From the human T2T-CHM13v2.0 reference genome, Homo sapiens, in the NCBI RefSeq assembly GCF_009914755.1, contig NC_060937.1: DNA of 64,000 nucleotides. One strand, 5' to 3'. Of the stretch, positions 1 to 18,345 are shown piece after piece. Position numbers and translations under genes: made by a program. The notes beneath the pieces are model-generated. The model was not told the origin of the DNA. It saw only the letters and a list, made by a program, of their open reading frames with translations, and did not search any database. How positions within the stretch are numbered: the stretch's first letter is position 1; each line of letters begins with the position of its first letter.

Positions 1-339
1 AAAACAAAGTTCACTAGGAGTGATAAAGTCAAGTAAATGAGAAAGTGGGATGTTGGACAGATCACATATGTGAATAATGAAATCATTAGGGATGATGGAG
101 GTGGTAGTAGCATAAGGAAAAGCAATCAACTAGGTAGCCCAGTCTTCAAGGTATAAGAAGTCTGTCATACATGCCAGCATCTCTGTGTGATGCCATCTTC
201 TCCACTAGAATACACCCTACAGGGCAGTGTCTGCATCTGCCTAATTCATCACTGTAACACCAATTCTTTGCAAAGTGAATGGCTTTCAGTGAATGAATGA
301 AGTTATAATAAAATGGAAGGTATACATAGACTAAGGTTA

Positions 340-681
<342 letters not shown>

Positions 682-3199
682 CTATTTTTCAACACAATTA
701 ACTACCTTTTATTATATTACTATCCAAACACAGGTATAGAAAAAAAGGAAATTGAGGGGGAAAATATTATATTACAAGAATAATCAGAAATACTCCTTTT
801 AAGAACAGCTCTTGTATTTCATTTTACATAACTTCAAAGGAAGAGGGAAGTACGGGGAGGAAGGAAAGGATACTCACGGCTGCATATCTTTAAGTCCATT
901 AGCCATGAAGATGAAAATACTTAGAAAGCCTTATCCCCTGTGGTATCAAAACATATTAGTGAGATAAGGATGTCTGCCTGACATCACAAAAATTAGAAGG
1001 ATATTTATCCAACATAATTTTTAAATCTTTTTAAATCCTTTAGCAAATTTTATTCTAAAATACCAAATGCAGCATAGAAAGAAAAGTACATAGATTCCTC
1101 TTATCATATTCTTTATTAAATGTATTCTAAGGTACAAAAAGTAATATACCCTTTCCCATACCATTTCTGTTCGTCTAAAACTAAATGCTCTTTCTTTTGC
1201 TAGGTAACTATTACAGGTAATAGTAACCCTCCCCTTTGACCTGTCTTGAAAAGATTACTTTGCCCCTACCTAAATGACTACATTTCATCTCAGTTCAGGT
1301 GTAACACTTATTCAGTGTATGTTCACTCACTATTCTATCTCATTGTTTGCTTTATTCAATGTATAAGAATACATTGAATTTCTAGTTACCAGTTGATTTT
1401 TGAAATAACTGAATGGTTTTTATACAACCATAAAGAATCTACCATTTATTAATGACCAGATTTTTAAAATAATAAATGTAAAAAAAAACTAAATCTGATA
1501 TATCTACACACTCTGAAAGAAGATGATACAGCATAATGCCAATATCAATCAGGACAATGACCTTCTTTATCTGCCTAATGAAGTATCTAACATATGGTAG
1601 TTGCTTAAAGCAAAAGTTTGCCTAGAATACCTGTGATATCAAAGGAGTCAGAAATTATATTCTTAAACACTACTCCAATCACTGTAGACTGTTTTCCAAC
1701 TCACTAAATGATACCTTATTTCTCCCAGATAGTAGCCTATACCAAAATTCCCCATGCAACATCTTCAACTGCTGGTGATAGCTTAATCTTTAAATCACAC
1801 TTAAACCTGTAGAGAAAACCAGTATTTTTTTTAACATGAAGGCCCATAATATATAGCCTCTAGAGATTAAAATATTAAGATATCAGAGAACTGTAAGAAT
1901 AGTTTGAACTTTAATTTTTAAGTGAAGTTAGTTACTAGATTCTAGATCCTTCTCCATAACATTTACTTTGTAATTTTAAGCAAGTAAATTACAGAAAACA
2001 GAAAACTGTTATCTACATAAAGCCTAAATAGTGAAAAAGCTTACGTTCTCATAGTGATAAGAGAGTTAAATGCACTCTTGCCTGGGTATATGTATCTATC
2101 TCTATGCCTGTAGGTTTCTATTTAAGTCAATAACCATTAATTAACTGCCTCAGTTTTTCTTTGATTTTGCAATTGCTGAATTCCCAGTACCTACTCAGGT
2201 GATGAGACTTGTGAAGAAGAATGAGATGATATGAAATGTCAAGACTATTTAAAGAAATAGTTTGCACTGGTAGGGACAATATTTTAAGAGCAGAGCAGAG
2301 TCAGTGCAGTACAAAACAAGGGTAAGCACAGTTGCTGCCAAGAGGGTAATTATAATCTAAATTACTATCATGCATATTACTATTAAAATGCATTGCGACT
2401 ATTTCCTTGCATTTTTCAAATGATTTCAAGCATCTCTAATGTCAATGATCAACAGAAACACTAAGCTGTCACTGCTGTATGAATAACTCATTTTCAGAAC
2501 ATATACAAACAGATCTCCAGTGCCAATAAAATCTGTTATTCACAGATAATTTTATGCAAACACATAGTAGAAACTATGAAAGCTGAAGAATATTGCAGAA
2601 AGGTGCATTCACCAACAAAATAAAGTTTAGCAAGGGATTCCCTTAAAGAGTTACTTGGCTTTTTAAAAAAACATTTAATGAGTATCATTACGTGCCAAAA
2701 ACTCTGCCTATAATTTGGAAGCTGGTTTTAGAGTACATTAAAAAGCTTAAAATTACCAACTATATTTTACCCAAAAAAAAGATAAAGTACAGAAAATATG
2801 CTACTTCCCCCCTTTTCACTTCTAAAATATCTCTATAAAGAACAATTATAGTGATCTAATACTAATTTTAGACAATTAGAAATTAACTTGACATAGCAGA
2901 AGAAATTTGACACACAACATTCTCTTATTATCCATCAATATTTAACCAGCACGACCTCCAATCTAATGGAAAAGCTGTCCTGCATTGGCCCAGTGCCTTC
3001 AATAAGAGAGTTGATTATTTAGACTATTTTACATATTTAAGAAGTGTTGCTTCAACTGCTGAATGCAATACTCCAGTGTTATAACACTTCTACCTGCTTA
3101 CCATGACCAGAACTGAAGTATTCTTTTAGCTCTTAAGCCTCAAAAAGGATATACTATACAGATAACAGTCTAATGTTTCTCCCATAGCCAGAGAATACT

Positions 3200-4595
3200 A
3201 AACAAACCATGATGGACCACATAATGGAGTAGCATGCAATTATAAGAAAAAAAGACAATATCTCTATGAGCTGATAAAATCATATCCTAGAAAGCATGTG
3301 TAACTAGAAAACATGCCAAAGAATATCTACAGTATATTACCTTATGTTTATGAAAGAAAGAAATGAAAAAATACACATATCTCTTCATTTGTGCAAAAAG
3401 ACACAGGAAGGAATAAGGAACTAATACAATCGCATACCTTCGGGGTGGATGGGAATATGGTAGAAAAGATGAGGAGAGAAAATTTCCAGAGAAGAAAGGG
3501 GGATGAGAGACTAAGTGACAATTTTTTGCATAGTTATTTTTTGTAAAGTTCTGACTTTTTTAGTATAGTCCTCCTTGTATAGTTCTGACTTTTGGAAATA
3601 TGTTAATGTTTCATACACTTGAAATGAGAAATATTAATATCAGAAAGAGTGGAAGGAAATCCTAAAAATCCAAACACAAGAAACCTAATTGTATTTCAAA
3701 TGAACAATAATGTCAGAGAAATAAGAGTATGAAAATATGGAAGGCTAGAATGAACCCTGTAATGTTAGACTCTAACTAAAGATTATCAACATGAACTTGA
3801 GGTTTTTGAATATATATAAAATACATATATTATCTATTATCTATTTTATGTTATATATAATCTGCTATAATATATTATCTAGCTATATATATAGAAAAGA
3901 GAGAGAGGAGAGAGAACGAGCAATAGAGACAGAGAAAGGAGAGTTGGAGGGATACAGATACATAGACATAGATAGATGAAAAGAAGAATAAAGATGGGTA
4001 TGTGTATACAAATATGTGTTTTCTATACATGGATCTACATGTATTTCATATACACACATACTCATGTACATATACACATATCACATACATGTAAATATAC
4101 ACCCATATGTACTTGTGTATTTTTATTTTATTTTATTTTTCCTAGCTCTGTCTATAAGGGCCTAGAAGATATACCATTAAAAGACCTAGCATCCAGATCT
4201 TGAATTCTAAATAACATTCTCCACTAAAAGGAACTACAAGGAACTTGGGGTCCTTGGAGAAATGTCTGACTCCAAGGCTGGGTGTAGAATAGTACCAGAT
4301 GATCCTGGAAGACAGTGTACAAGACAATAGGAAGTATTCAAAGAATGATAGGGACAAAAAAGGACAAAGGAACTAGCTTGAAGAGACTTCTATTGGCCAA
4401 ATCTATCTGGGGGAGTGGGAAGAGATAGGGAGTTACTACTTAAACCATATGAAGTTTCCTTTTGGGTTGACAACAATGTGCTGGAACTAGATGGTAGTGC
4501 TAGTTGCATAACACTGTAAAGATATTAAATGCCACTGAATTGTGCAATTTAAAATGATAAATTTTATATTATATAAATTTTGCCCAATTAAAACA
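3200..4595 (+). mobile_element. Old L1M 3'-end fragments (L1MC/MD-like then L1MB-like), with low-complexity TA/GA/CA tract at about 3810-4110
   Basis: Motifs ctccactaaaaggaac...ccttggagaaatgtctgactccaaggctggg and gtgctggaactagatggtagtg...gccactgaattgtgc. Boundaries are approximate. Confidence 0.6.
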
Positions 4596-4603
4596 AGTTT
4601 TTC

Positions 4604-6655
<2,052 letters not shown>

Positions 6656-9600
6656 ATTAAAAATATTAATTAGATTAAAAACTGTTAATATGTATAAAAA
6701 GTATGACTTACATGTTCTATATATGTATTAGATGTCCAGTAAAAATTTTTTAATGGTTAAAAAACTAAAAAATACAATGTTTTAAAAAAATTTATAAAAT
6801 AGAAAAAAAAAACTAATTTGTAGTGTTAGAAGCCAGGAGAGAAGCAGTCTTGAAGAGGAGAAAGGGTAGTGACTGAAACATTTGAGTTTATGGGCATTAT
6901 TCTATTTCCACAGCTAGATACTGATTACATGGGTGTGTCTACTCATTGATAATTTATCAAGTGGTATCCTTAAGATTTATGGATTTTACTGTATGAACGT
7001 AATCTTAAAAGTACTAAACAACTATTTTTAAATTTACAAATGTTTCATGCTTTATGCTATTTATAAGGTACATTCAAATCAAATTCTTCTGAAATCCTTA
7101 ATTCAGGTTTTTAAACATACCACTTAAAATACTTTACATAGATTATCATTATATGCTTCCTTTCTGAACAATAAAATTAAATAAAAAGGTCATATGGTGT
7201 CACACAGGACCACTTGTTTTTATTTTGGATCTTCAGTATACCTCTAGTATTGGAAAATGTTTACTCTCACCTAAAAAACAAATTGTGATTTAAAGATTTA
7301 AAGGCAGCTCAAAGTTGGGGGGTGGGGGAGCTGATTAAACAAACATGGATGTTCTAATTTGCCAGCCTCTATTTGATGGTTCATTGAAGGATGAAGATGT
7401 GTTCAGCACATCTGAACGGATAGAAAAAATCCACTGATATTCTTAGTCATTGGTTCATTATCGTCTTTACTGTGTTGATTATGTTTATGTAAAAAGAAAA
7501 GCCACAACAAAACTTCATTGGGCATTTACCAACAAAAGGGGAGGAGGGACAAGAAAACACCAGCTGTTCCAGTCTTTAAAATTAGGCAATTTGTTTTCCA
7601 ATCCCTCCAGGTAATCGCACAATTATTTGCCTCCACAGTTCAGAGTACTACTTTCAAGTGTCACTGTTACATTTACACTTTAAGTCTGTCTTCCTTTTTT
7701 TTCTTTTCTTGATTTTTGGAAGAACACCACCTTGCCTCTTCATATGTACAAGCTAGCCTATAAATGTAATCTGTTTATATTAGTAAAAAGCTCAAAAACA
7801 TAAACAGAACAAAATCTAATTCACTTTCTAGATTATTCTTCATATTAATAATAGTACCAGCTAAATACAGGCAAAAAATAAATAGTAGAGAGGATAAAAC
7901 AAAATCTTTGGATCATTGGATCACACCCCACTACAATCCATTATGGGAGTTTGGTCTCCGATTTCCTCAGTATAAAATGCTCACAGTGGTTATGGAGTGG
8001 AAGAAGCTGCAAAATTGAAATATACTGGGAAAATGCCTGCATTGTTGTCACAATAAGCAAATATTCTCCTTTATGATTAACAGTTTTTAAAGCTGTGCAG
8101 TTTATAGAGTAAAGCAAAAGAAGAAAGTACTCACCCATAGTTTGCAGGGTAGGGTAAGGGAACAACTTGATCAAATGAATAGATCAAAATGAGAAGCAAC
8201 TAAAGTCCAACCAAAAGAGTTGTGTTGTTCATTTGCTTATACTTCATCCTCTTTGTAACTAACTGGATAGATTGTCTCATACGCCTTTTATATTTCCCAG
8301 AATCCTGGGCACTATTATGTTCTAAACAGAAAATGTATAAATACTTCTTAAATAAAAGAGAGGGTAAAAAGGATAATAGACCTAAATTTACTCAACTACC
8401 ATGCTCCTAAGAAAATTCACAAACATGAAAATTTAAAATTTTAATAATATACAAAATTATATCTAGTGATTTTATAAATTCATAATTTCTAGGATGTTCT
8501 GTAAAAACCCAGCTATCCACCTAAAAGATACATTCAAATAACCATGTAAGTATCTATTATATACTGTTATAATAACACTGAAACTCAGAAATAAGAAAAT
8601 TCTGCCCATGAGGTGCTCATCATTAGCTGAGTAAGAACATCTAAACAGTTAAAAAGTAAGGGATCCTGTATATGAACCTAGTCTCTGGGAGCAGAAGGGA
8701 AGATGTCCCAATTGTTGCCTAGAAGGTCAGGAAAGCTTCCCAGCAGAGATCCTACAAGAACCAGGTCTTAAAAGACCAGGATTGGAAAGCAGAATAACAA
8801 AAGCACTATGGGCCACGGCAGAGTCAGGTGGAAGAGCTGGTGTGTTTTAGGAGCTATATGTCCACATTTACAGGTTTTATAGGAAGGGAGAGAATAGAAG
8901 CACAAAACACACAGAAACAAGAAAGTGAAATGTGCCTACCTCATACTAAGGAAAGGAGACCTTAACCCATGGACAATAGGATGGAACTGCAAAACTGATT
9001 GGAAATGAAGTTACAAAAAGCTGTATGTTAGAAATACATTCAAGCAACAGTGAGGAAGACTGAGACATGAGCCTCTCCAGAGGCTTAGAAGGTTACAGAG
9101 ACAAAGAGGCACGTTCAGGTGGACATGAATAAATACATCTTCTCAGTTCTACCATAACATTTAAAAAAAAAAAAATCAAGAAAGAAACAGCTGGAAAAAA
9201 TTGCTACATTTGATCACAAAACATGCCCCTCCCCCCACACACACCTCCCACCCCCACATGTAAGAAGGAAACTAAACACATCTGACTTCAAGGAACTTAA
9301 AAGACAAAATACAGGGAGAATTGTTTTTCCTCTTAATAGACGCTAAGCAAAGGAGCGTCTCTCAAACAATCTAACTCTTCTCAAAAATATTCAATTTTCT
9401 ACTATCTAAAAAAAGTAAAAATTTTCCAAAACCTACCTTTCCAACCTCATATCCCACTATTCTCTTTCGTAAGAGCCTTAACTCCGGGGGGTGAGGGGGA
9501 GAACAACTTTCCAATCCAGCTATGCACACCATGGTTTTCCCTATACAAACATCTTTACTGCCTACAGCCTCCTACACAACCCCACCTCCAAATGTTCAAA

Positions 9601-10265
9601 TCCTATCTGTTCCTTCCCAACAAAACCTCTTCTAACCCCCTCGGCAGGAGATAGTGCTGACCCTCAAATTCCCACCTTAGGTTTATTTCCCCTATTTTAT
9701 CTTAATTACTTCTACCTTGTTTCAGTGACATATTTAGACATTTTATGACTACAAGATTAAAGACTCCTTGAGAGAAAGATAAATGTTGGGTTTATCTTTA
9801 CCTGCATCTCAGAAAACAGGAACTCAAAAAACATTTTAAAAAATTTTTGTAATCCTTGATTAAAACCATATTGGGGCTACTGGTTAAAACAAGATACTTA
9901 CATCCATTTATCCATTCTACATTTGCTGGACATCTATTATATACAAGCAGTGTTTTACATGTTAAAAATACAAAAATGAACAAAACCTGCAAAATTCCTG
10001 TTGAGCTCTGGAAATACATGCTTGGGAATTTTACCAATTTACTGGGTAATTCTTTCCAGAGTAGTTTTTTTACGATTACTACTTAAACCAGTGTTTCTGT
10101 ATACTATTTCCTTCCAATTACCTTTAAACCTTTACATTCTGACATCTACCAAGCACAACCCCTCATGAACATCATGAATGAATAAGGATATCTGTGCCAG
10201 TAGAAAAGGTGAACATGTCAGATTCTTAAGTTCTGTGGTACTGTGAAGGAACTTGAACAAAAATA

Positions 10266-12954
<2,689 letters not shown>

Positions 12955-13029
12955 TATTAATAATAGTAAAACTACAACTATTATAATACAACTATTATAA
13001 TTTCTTCTGTTCCCAAATCTGATCTTATG

Positions 13030-13178
13030 TTGCACTTACTGATTGTTTGACTCCCCTAATAAAATGTAAGCTACATTAGGGTAGGGACATGATCAACTTT
13101 GCTCATCATAGTATTCCTACTGCCTAGTAACAGTGCCTGAAACACAGCAATATTTGTCAAAAGAAAAATGAATGAACA
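13030..13178 (+). mobile_element. L2 3' end
   Basis: aatgtaagct...agggtagggac...tgcctagtaacagtgcctga...aatgaatgaa. Confidence 0.7.
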
Positions 13179-14033
13179 AGGGAGAGAGAGATGAAACAAT
13201 TCCACTAATTTAAGAGATACACTGCTGTTACAGTATCTCAAACTAAAGTTCATGACTTGGAGACATGACCCATGTCAACTCATCAACAAATTTCCATTTC
13301 TGGAGTTGATCTTTAAAAAATTTTCCCAAGTTCCCAGAATAGTTTATAAATATGCTATCTTCCAGGCCAACTACTAAAATAACTACTAACAGGAGAGAAA
13401 AGCACACCAATCACAGCTTTGAGCAACAAAAAACTGGTGGGGGTGGGTAGGTAATTAAGTATGTTTCTAATTTTGAATGGAAAATCAAGGAGAAAATACA
13501 GTGGCCCTGAAAAGCCATTATTTAATCATTGTTTTGGATGATATATTTCAGAATGATTAATATTCATGATGATCTGCAGAAACCTACACATTTCCTACAA
13601 ATCATATATATCAAAATAAAATGTCATTTTTAATAAATCATTTCTTCAGAAACAAGACAAGAAAATTCAAGAAAATAGTATAACTTTCATAGAAGTATAA
13701 TTTTTAAGTGTCATTTGCACTCAATAACATGAATCATAAGCAATAAGCCATTCATTAAACATGAAAGTAAATTGGTTTATCCTTGAAATACTACCACCCT
13801 CAAATCTAGTAGTGGAAGTGCAGTAATTCACACTTGCATTAATGGATTAATTTTTTTAATAATAATCAATACAACAATAAAATTTTTAAGTGAGAAAAAT
13901 ATCCTATATATTATAAATGTTATATCTAATTTCTGATGAAACAATTACATCACAAATTACAGAATGTAACACTCACCTTCATGAATTAATTTGTATAGTC
14001 ACCATATCACAGGTCATGATTCATACTTAAATA

Positions 14034-14199
14034 CAGTGGTGTTGCTGGTAAATGTTTAACAACCATTTCTCAGTAACGCAAAAACAGTCTAATATTGTTT
14101 GCCAATCTATGTGATGTAAATACTCCCAGATGGCTGATTACAAGCAACCAGTGCAATGTCACTGAATGCAAAGGAGAAAGTGAATCTAGACCACCACTG
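14034..14199. mobile_element. MER63-like hAT MITE
   Basis: TIRs cagtggtg and caccactg. Internal gtaaatactcccagatggctgattacaagc. Confidence 0.7.
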
Positions 14200-14621
14200 A
14201 AGGATATATTGTGCTAGACTAATTTGTGTTTGAGATATACTGTAGTTATAAATCACTTTTATTCATCAATAACTTATTGTTCATATGCTACATTCCAGGC
14301 TGAGATTAAAAATTACATAATCCCTGCCCTCAATGAAATTAGAATTCTTGTGAAAATCAGAAATGGCACATGCCATATGAATTTTAAACTGCTTAAAAAT
14401 CTAAAACAGATATTTATTTTTTCCATCTTAAATTGGCAACAGCTTACATTCATTTTAGATTGCTCAATCATCAATCTGATTTCATACATATCTCAATATC
14501 ATCAAGTTAACCAAAATGTATCAAAGTGACACTGAATTACAGATCTTTCCTAAAAGGAACTATATGTTTATGGAAGTATATAATTGGTATTCGAAATTAT
14601 ATTTTTCAAAAATTATTTTCT

Positions 14622-14931
<310 letters not shown>

Positions 14932-15349
14932 TTATTTTCTCACTGAAAGTCACTCTATTTACATCTTCCAATGCATTTACTCAACCAACATTTATTAAGT
15001 CAAATATATACAGGCCTGGTATATATACATATTGGATAAATAGGCATAAACATATCTCTTTATCCAACCAACATCTATTAAATGCCAGATACAGCCATGG
15101 ATATATACAGATAGCCGACCCCTTGCTAGGATGAGGAGATACAATTAGACTTAGATATGCCATTACCTCAAGCTAATTTCCTTCACAGTAAGTCTATCTG
15201 CCATCTTCAAACTATGCCTGGAGATTTATTTTAATGTTTCTCCACTTCTTTAGTTTGAAAAGTGGACTGTAAATATGGCATTCTGAAATCCTTTAGTCAT
15301 AATTCCTGAGAGTAACCAAATCTATATTACCCTTTTAATATGGTTTTCT

Positions 15350-16110
15350 AAACAATTTTTTAACTCTTCTTTAATTTGATTGTGTATATTTATCTGATTT
15401 TTTTCATAAATCCATAGCAACACACTTTTTTGCCTAGCTTTTCTATCTCCTTCCCGTAATAAAGTAATCCATGTAAAAAGCCTGGTATATATACGCTTCT
15501 GTATTTTAATCCCTACAGATAAAATCCTATATAGGTGTGTGCATGCACCCACACACATATACACATAGAGAATAATTCCATTATTTCTTAATAGAATCAT
15601 CTTATATGATTTTCTGCAGATTTGCTTTTCTCATTGTTCACCTCATGGAAATTCCTCAAGTTATCTGGTATTATTCAAATTCATTCTTTTTAATATGGGC
15701 ATATTGCTTCATAACATGAATAGTCTTAATTCACTTCACCATCTCCTTTTGTTTCCAATTGTTTAACAGCAGTGAATAAAACTGTAGAAAACACATCTTT
15801 GTGCATATGTGCTCATCTATTGGTGCTTTCATTTCTACACCATAGAGTTCCAGGAGTGGATTCTTGGGTCAATGAGAATGCATATTTTCTTTTTTCATAG
15901 ACATTTCAGATAACTTAACCAAAAATGCTATATTACATCACAGTTCCACCAGCCATGTATGAAGGTATTTTTTCTCCACTAGAAAAGTAAAGATACTGGT
16001 AGGTATAAAGTTACTTTAATTTGGATATCCATACTGTCAGTCTTTACAGATGTACTTACTTATTTGAATTTGTTCTTCCATTGACTTTTCAGATCCTTAG
16101 CCCATTTTTC
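15350..16110 (-). mobile_element. Old L1M (L1ME-like) fragment, resuming at about 17900-18120
   Basis: Degenerate antisense L1 3' motifs (ttccaggagtggattcttgggtc, cccatttttct). Confidence 0.55.
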
Positions 16111-16116
16111 TTTGTC

Positions 16117-17897
16117 TTTTTTTTTATTCCAACATTTATTTTAGGTTCAAGGGATACATGTGCAGGTTTGTTACTTGGATAAACTGCATATCATGGGGTT
16201 TGATGTACAGATTATTTTGCCACCCAGGCAATGAGCATACTACCTGATAGTCTTTCAATCCTCACCCTCCTCCCACCCTCCACCCTCAAGTAGGCTCCAG
16301 TGTCTATTGTTCCCTTCTTCATGTCCATGTGTATTCAATGTTTAGCTTCTGCTTATAAATGCAGTATTTAGTTTTCTGTTCCTGCATCACTTTGCTTAGG
16401 ATAATGGCCTCTGGTTCCATCCACGTTGCTGCAAAGATCATGATTTCATTCTTTTTTATGCCTGTGTAGTATTCCATGGTGTATACGTACCACATTTGCT
16501 TTATGCAGTTCACTGTGGATGGGTATTTAGGTTAATTCCATGTCTTTGATATTGTGAAAAGTGCTGCAATGAACATGTGCGTGCATGTGTCTTTATGGGA
16601 GATTTATATTCCTTTGGGTATATACTCAGTAATGGGATTGCTGGACTGAATGGTGGTTGTTTTTAGGTCTTTAAGGAAACACCATACTGTTTTCAACAAT
16701 GGTTGAACTAATTCACACTCTAACCAACAGTGTATAAGCATTCATTTTTCTTCACAACCTCGCCAGCACCAGTTATTTTTTGACTTTTTAATAACAGCCA
16801 TTCCGACTGGTGTGAGATGGTATCTCATTGTGGTTTAGCTTTGTATTTCTCTAATGATTAGTGATATTGAGCACTTTTCATATGCTTGTTGATTATTTGT
16901 ATGCCTTCTTTTGAAAAGGGTCTGCTCGTGTCCTTTGCCCATTTTTTAATGGGGTTGTTTTTTGCTTGTTGATTCAAGTTCCTTATAGATTCTGGATATC
17001 AGACCTTTGTTGGATGCATAGTTTGCAAATATTTTCTCTCATTCTGTAGGTTGTCTGTTTACTCTCTTGATGGTTTCTTTTGCTGTGAGGGTGCTCTTTA
17101 GTTTAAGTAGGTCCCAAATGTCAATTTTTGGTTTTGTTGCAATTGCTTTTGGAGTCTCCATCGTAAAATATTTGCCAGGTCCTATGTCCAAAATAGTGTT
17201 TCCTAGGTTTTCTTCTAAGGGTTTTTGTAGTTTTAGGTTTTACATTTAAGTCTTTAACCATCTTGAGTTGATTTTTGTATATGGTGTAAGGAAGGGGTCA
17301 GTTTCAATCTTCTGCATATGGCTAGCCAGTCATCCCAGCACCATTAATTAAATAGGGAGTCCTTTCCCTACGGCTCGTTATTGTCAACTTTGTCAAAGAT
17401 CAGATGGTTACAGGTGTATGGCTTTATTTCTCATTTCTCTAACTTGTTCCATTGGTCTATATGTCTGTTTTTGTACAAATACCATGCTGTTTTGGTTACT
17501 GTAGCCTTGTAGTATAGTTTGAAGTCGGGTAGTGAAATGCCTCTGGCTTTGTTCTTTTTGCTTAGGATTGTCTTGGCTATTCAAGCTCTTTTTTGGCTCA
17601 CAGAATTTATAGAATACATTTTTTTTTCTAATTCTGTGAAAAATATTCTTGGTAGCTTGATAGGAATAGCACTGAATCTTCAAATTGCTTTGGGCAGTAT
17701 GGCCATTTTAACAATATTGATTCTTCCTATTCACGAGCATGGGATATGTTTCCATTTGTTTGTGTTGTCTCTAATTTATCTCAGCAATGTTTTGTAATTT
17801 TCTTTGTAGAGTTTGTTCATGTCTCAGTTAGCTGCATTCCTAAGTATTTTATTCCTTTTGTGGCTACTGTAAATGGGATTGCATTCTTGATTTGGCT
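16117..17897 (-). mobile_element. Old L1PA (PA13-16-like) LINE-1, 5'-truncated, same sense as DIAPH3
   Basis: Poly(T) followed by ttttaggttcaagggatacatgtgcaggtttgttac. ORF2 C-terminal remnants (WYVYTMEYY...IKKNEIMIFAATW). Confidence 0.92.
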
Positions 17898-18164
17898 TTT
17901 CTGTTGGATTTTTTTTTTTTTTTGCTCTTTTTTTCTAGCCAAGTCCTAAAAGCCCACTGCAGGGTATTGCTAGCAGCTCTTTGTAAAAATCATTAGAAAT
18001 ATTTCTTACCAGATCTATTATTTGTCTTTTGCCTGTGCTTAATTTGACATAAAAACAGTTTTAGGGTTTAAAAAAAAAAGTTGATCATGTCTATGTTTTA
18101 TTTTAGTTTCAAGTTTTCAGTTTTTGGAGAAAACTGTTCTGCAGTCTGCAAAAAGGACATCAAC

Positions 18165-18345
18165 ATCCAGAAAGAGGCCAAGGGAAGAAGGGAGAAAATG
18201 CCCTGGCATCGGACTTCATTCTGGTGTCATTCCAACCTTACCCCTTCCCTTCCAGATATTCAAGCCAATAAAATTTCCCTTTTTGCTCAAATTATCTCAA
18301 GTTAGGCTTCTGTCACTGACAACAAAAAGAAATCTGACTAACACT
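18165..18345 (+). mobile_element. MLT1 (MaLR) LTR 3' fragment
   Basis: agccaataaaatttccctttttgct...tctgtcactgacaac...ctgactaaca. Confidence 0.6.

Noticed and set aside
13971-13979. Isolated perfect minus-strand donors (AAG|GTGAGT here, ATG|GTGAGT near 27890, AAG|GTAAGA near 37265)
   Set aside because: They are expected by chance in 64 kb and have no strong partner acceptor or other support.
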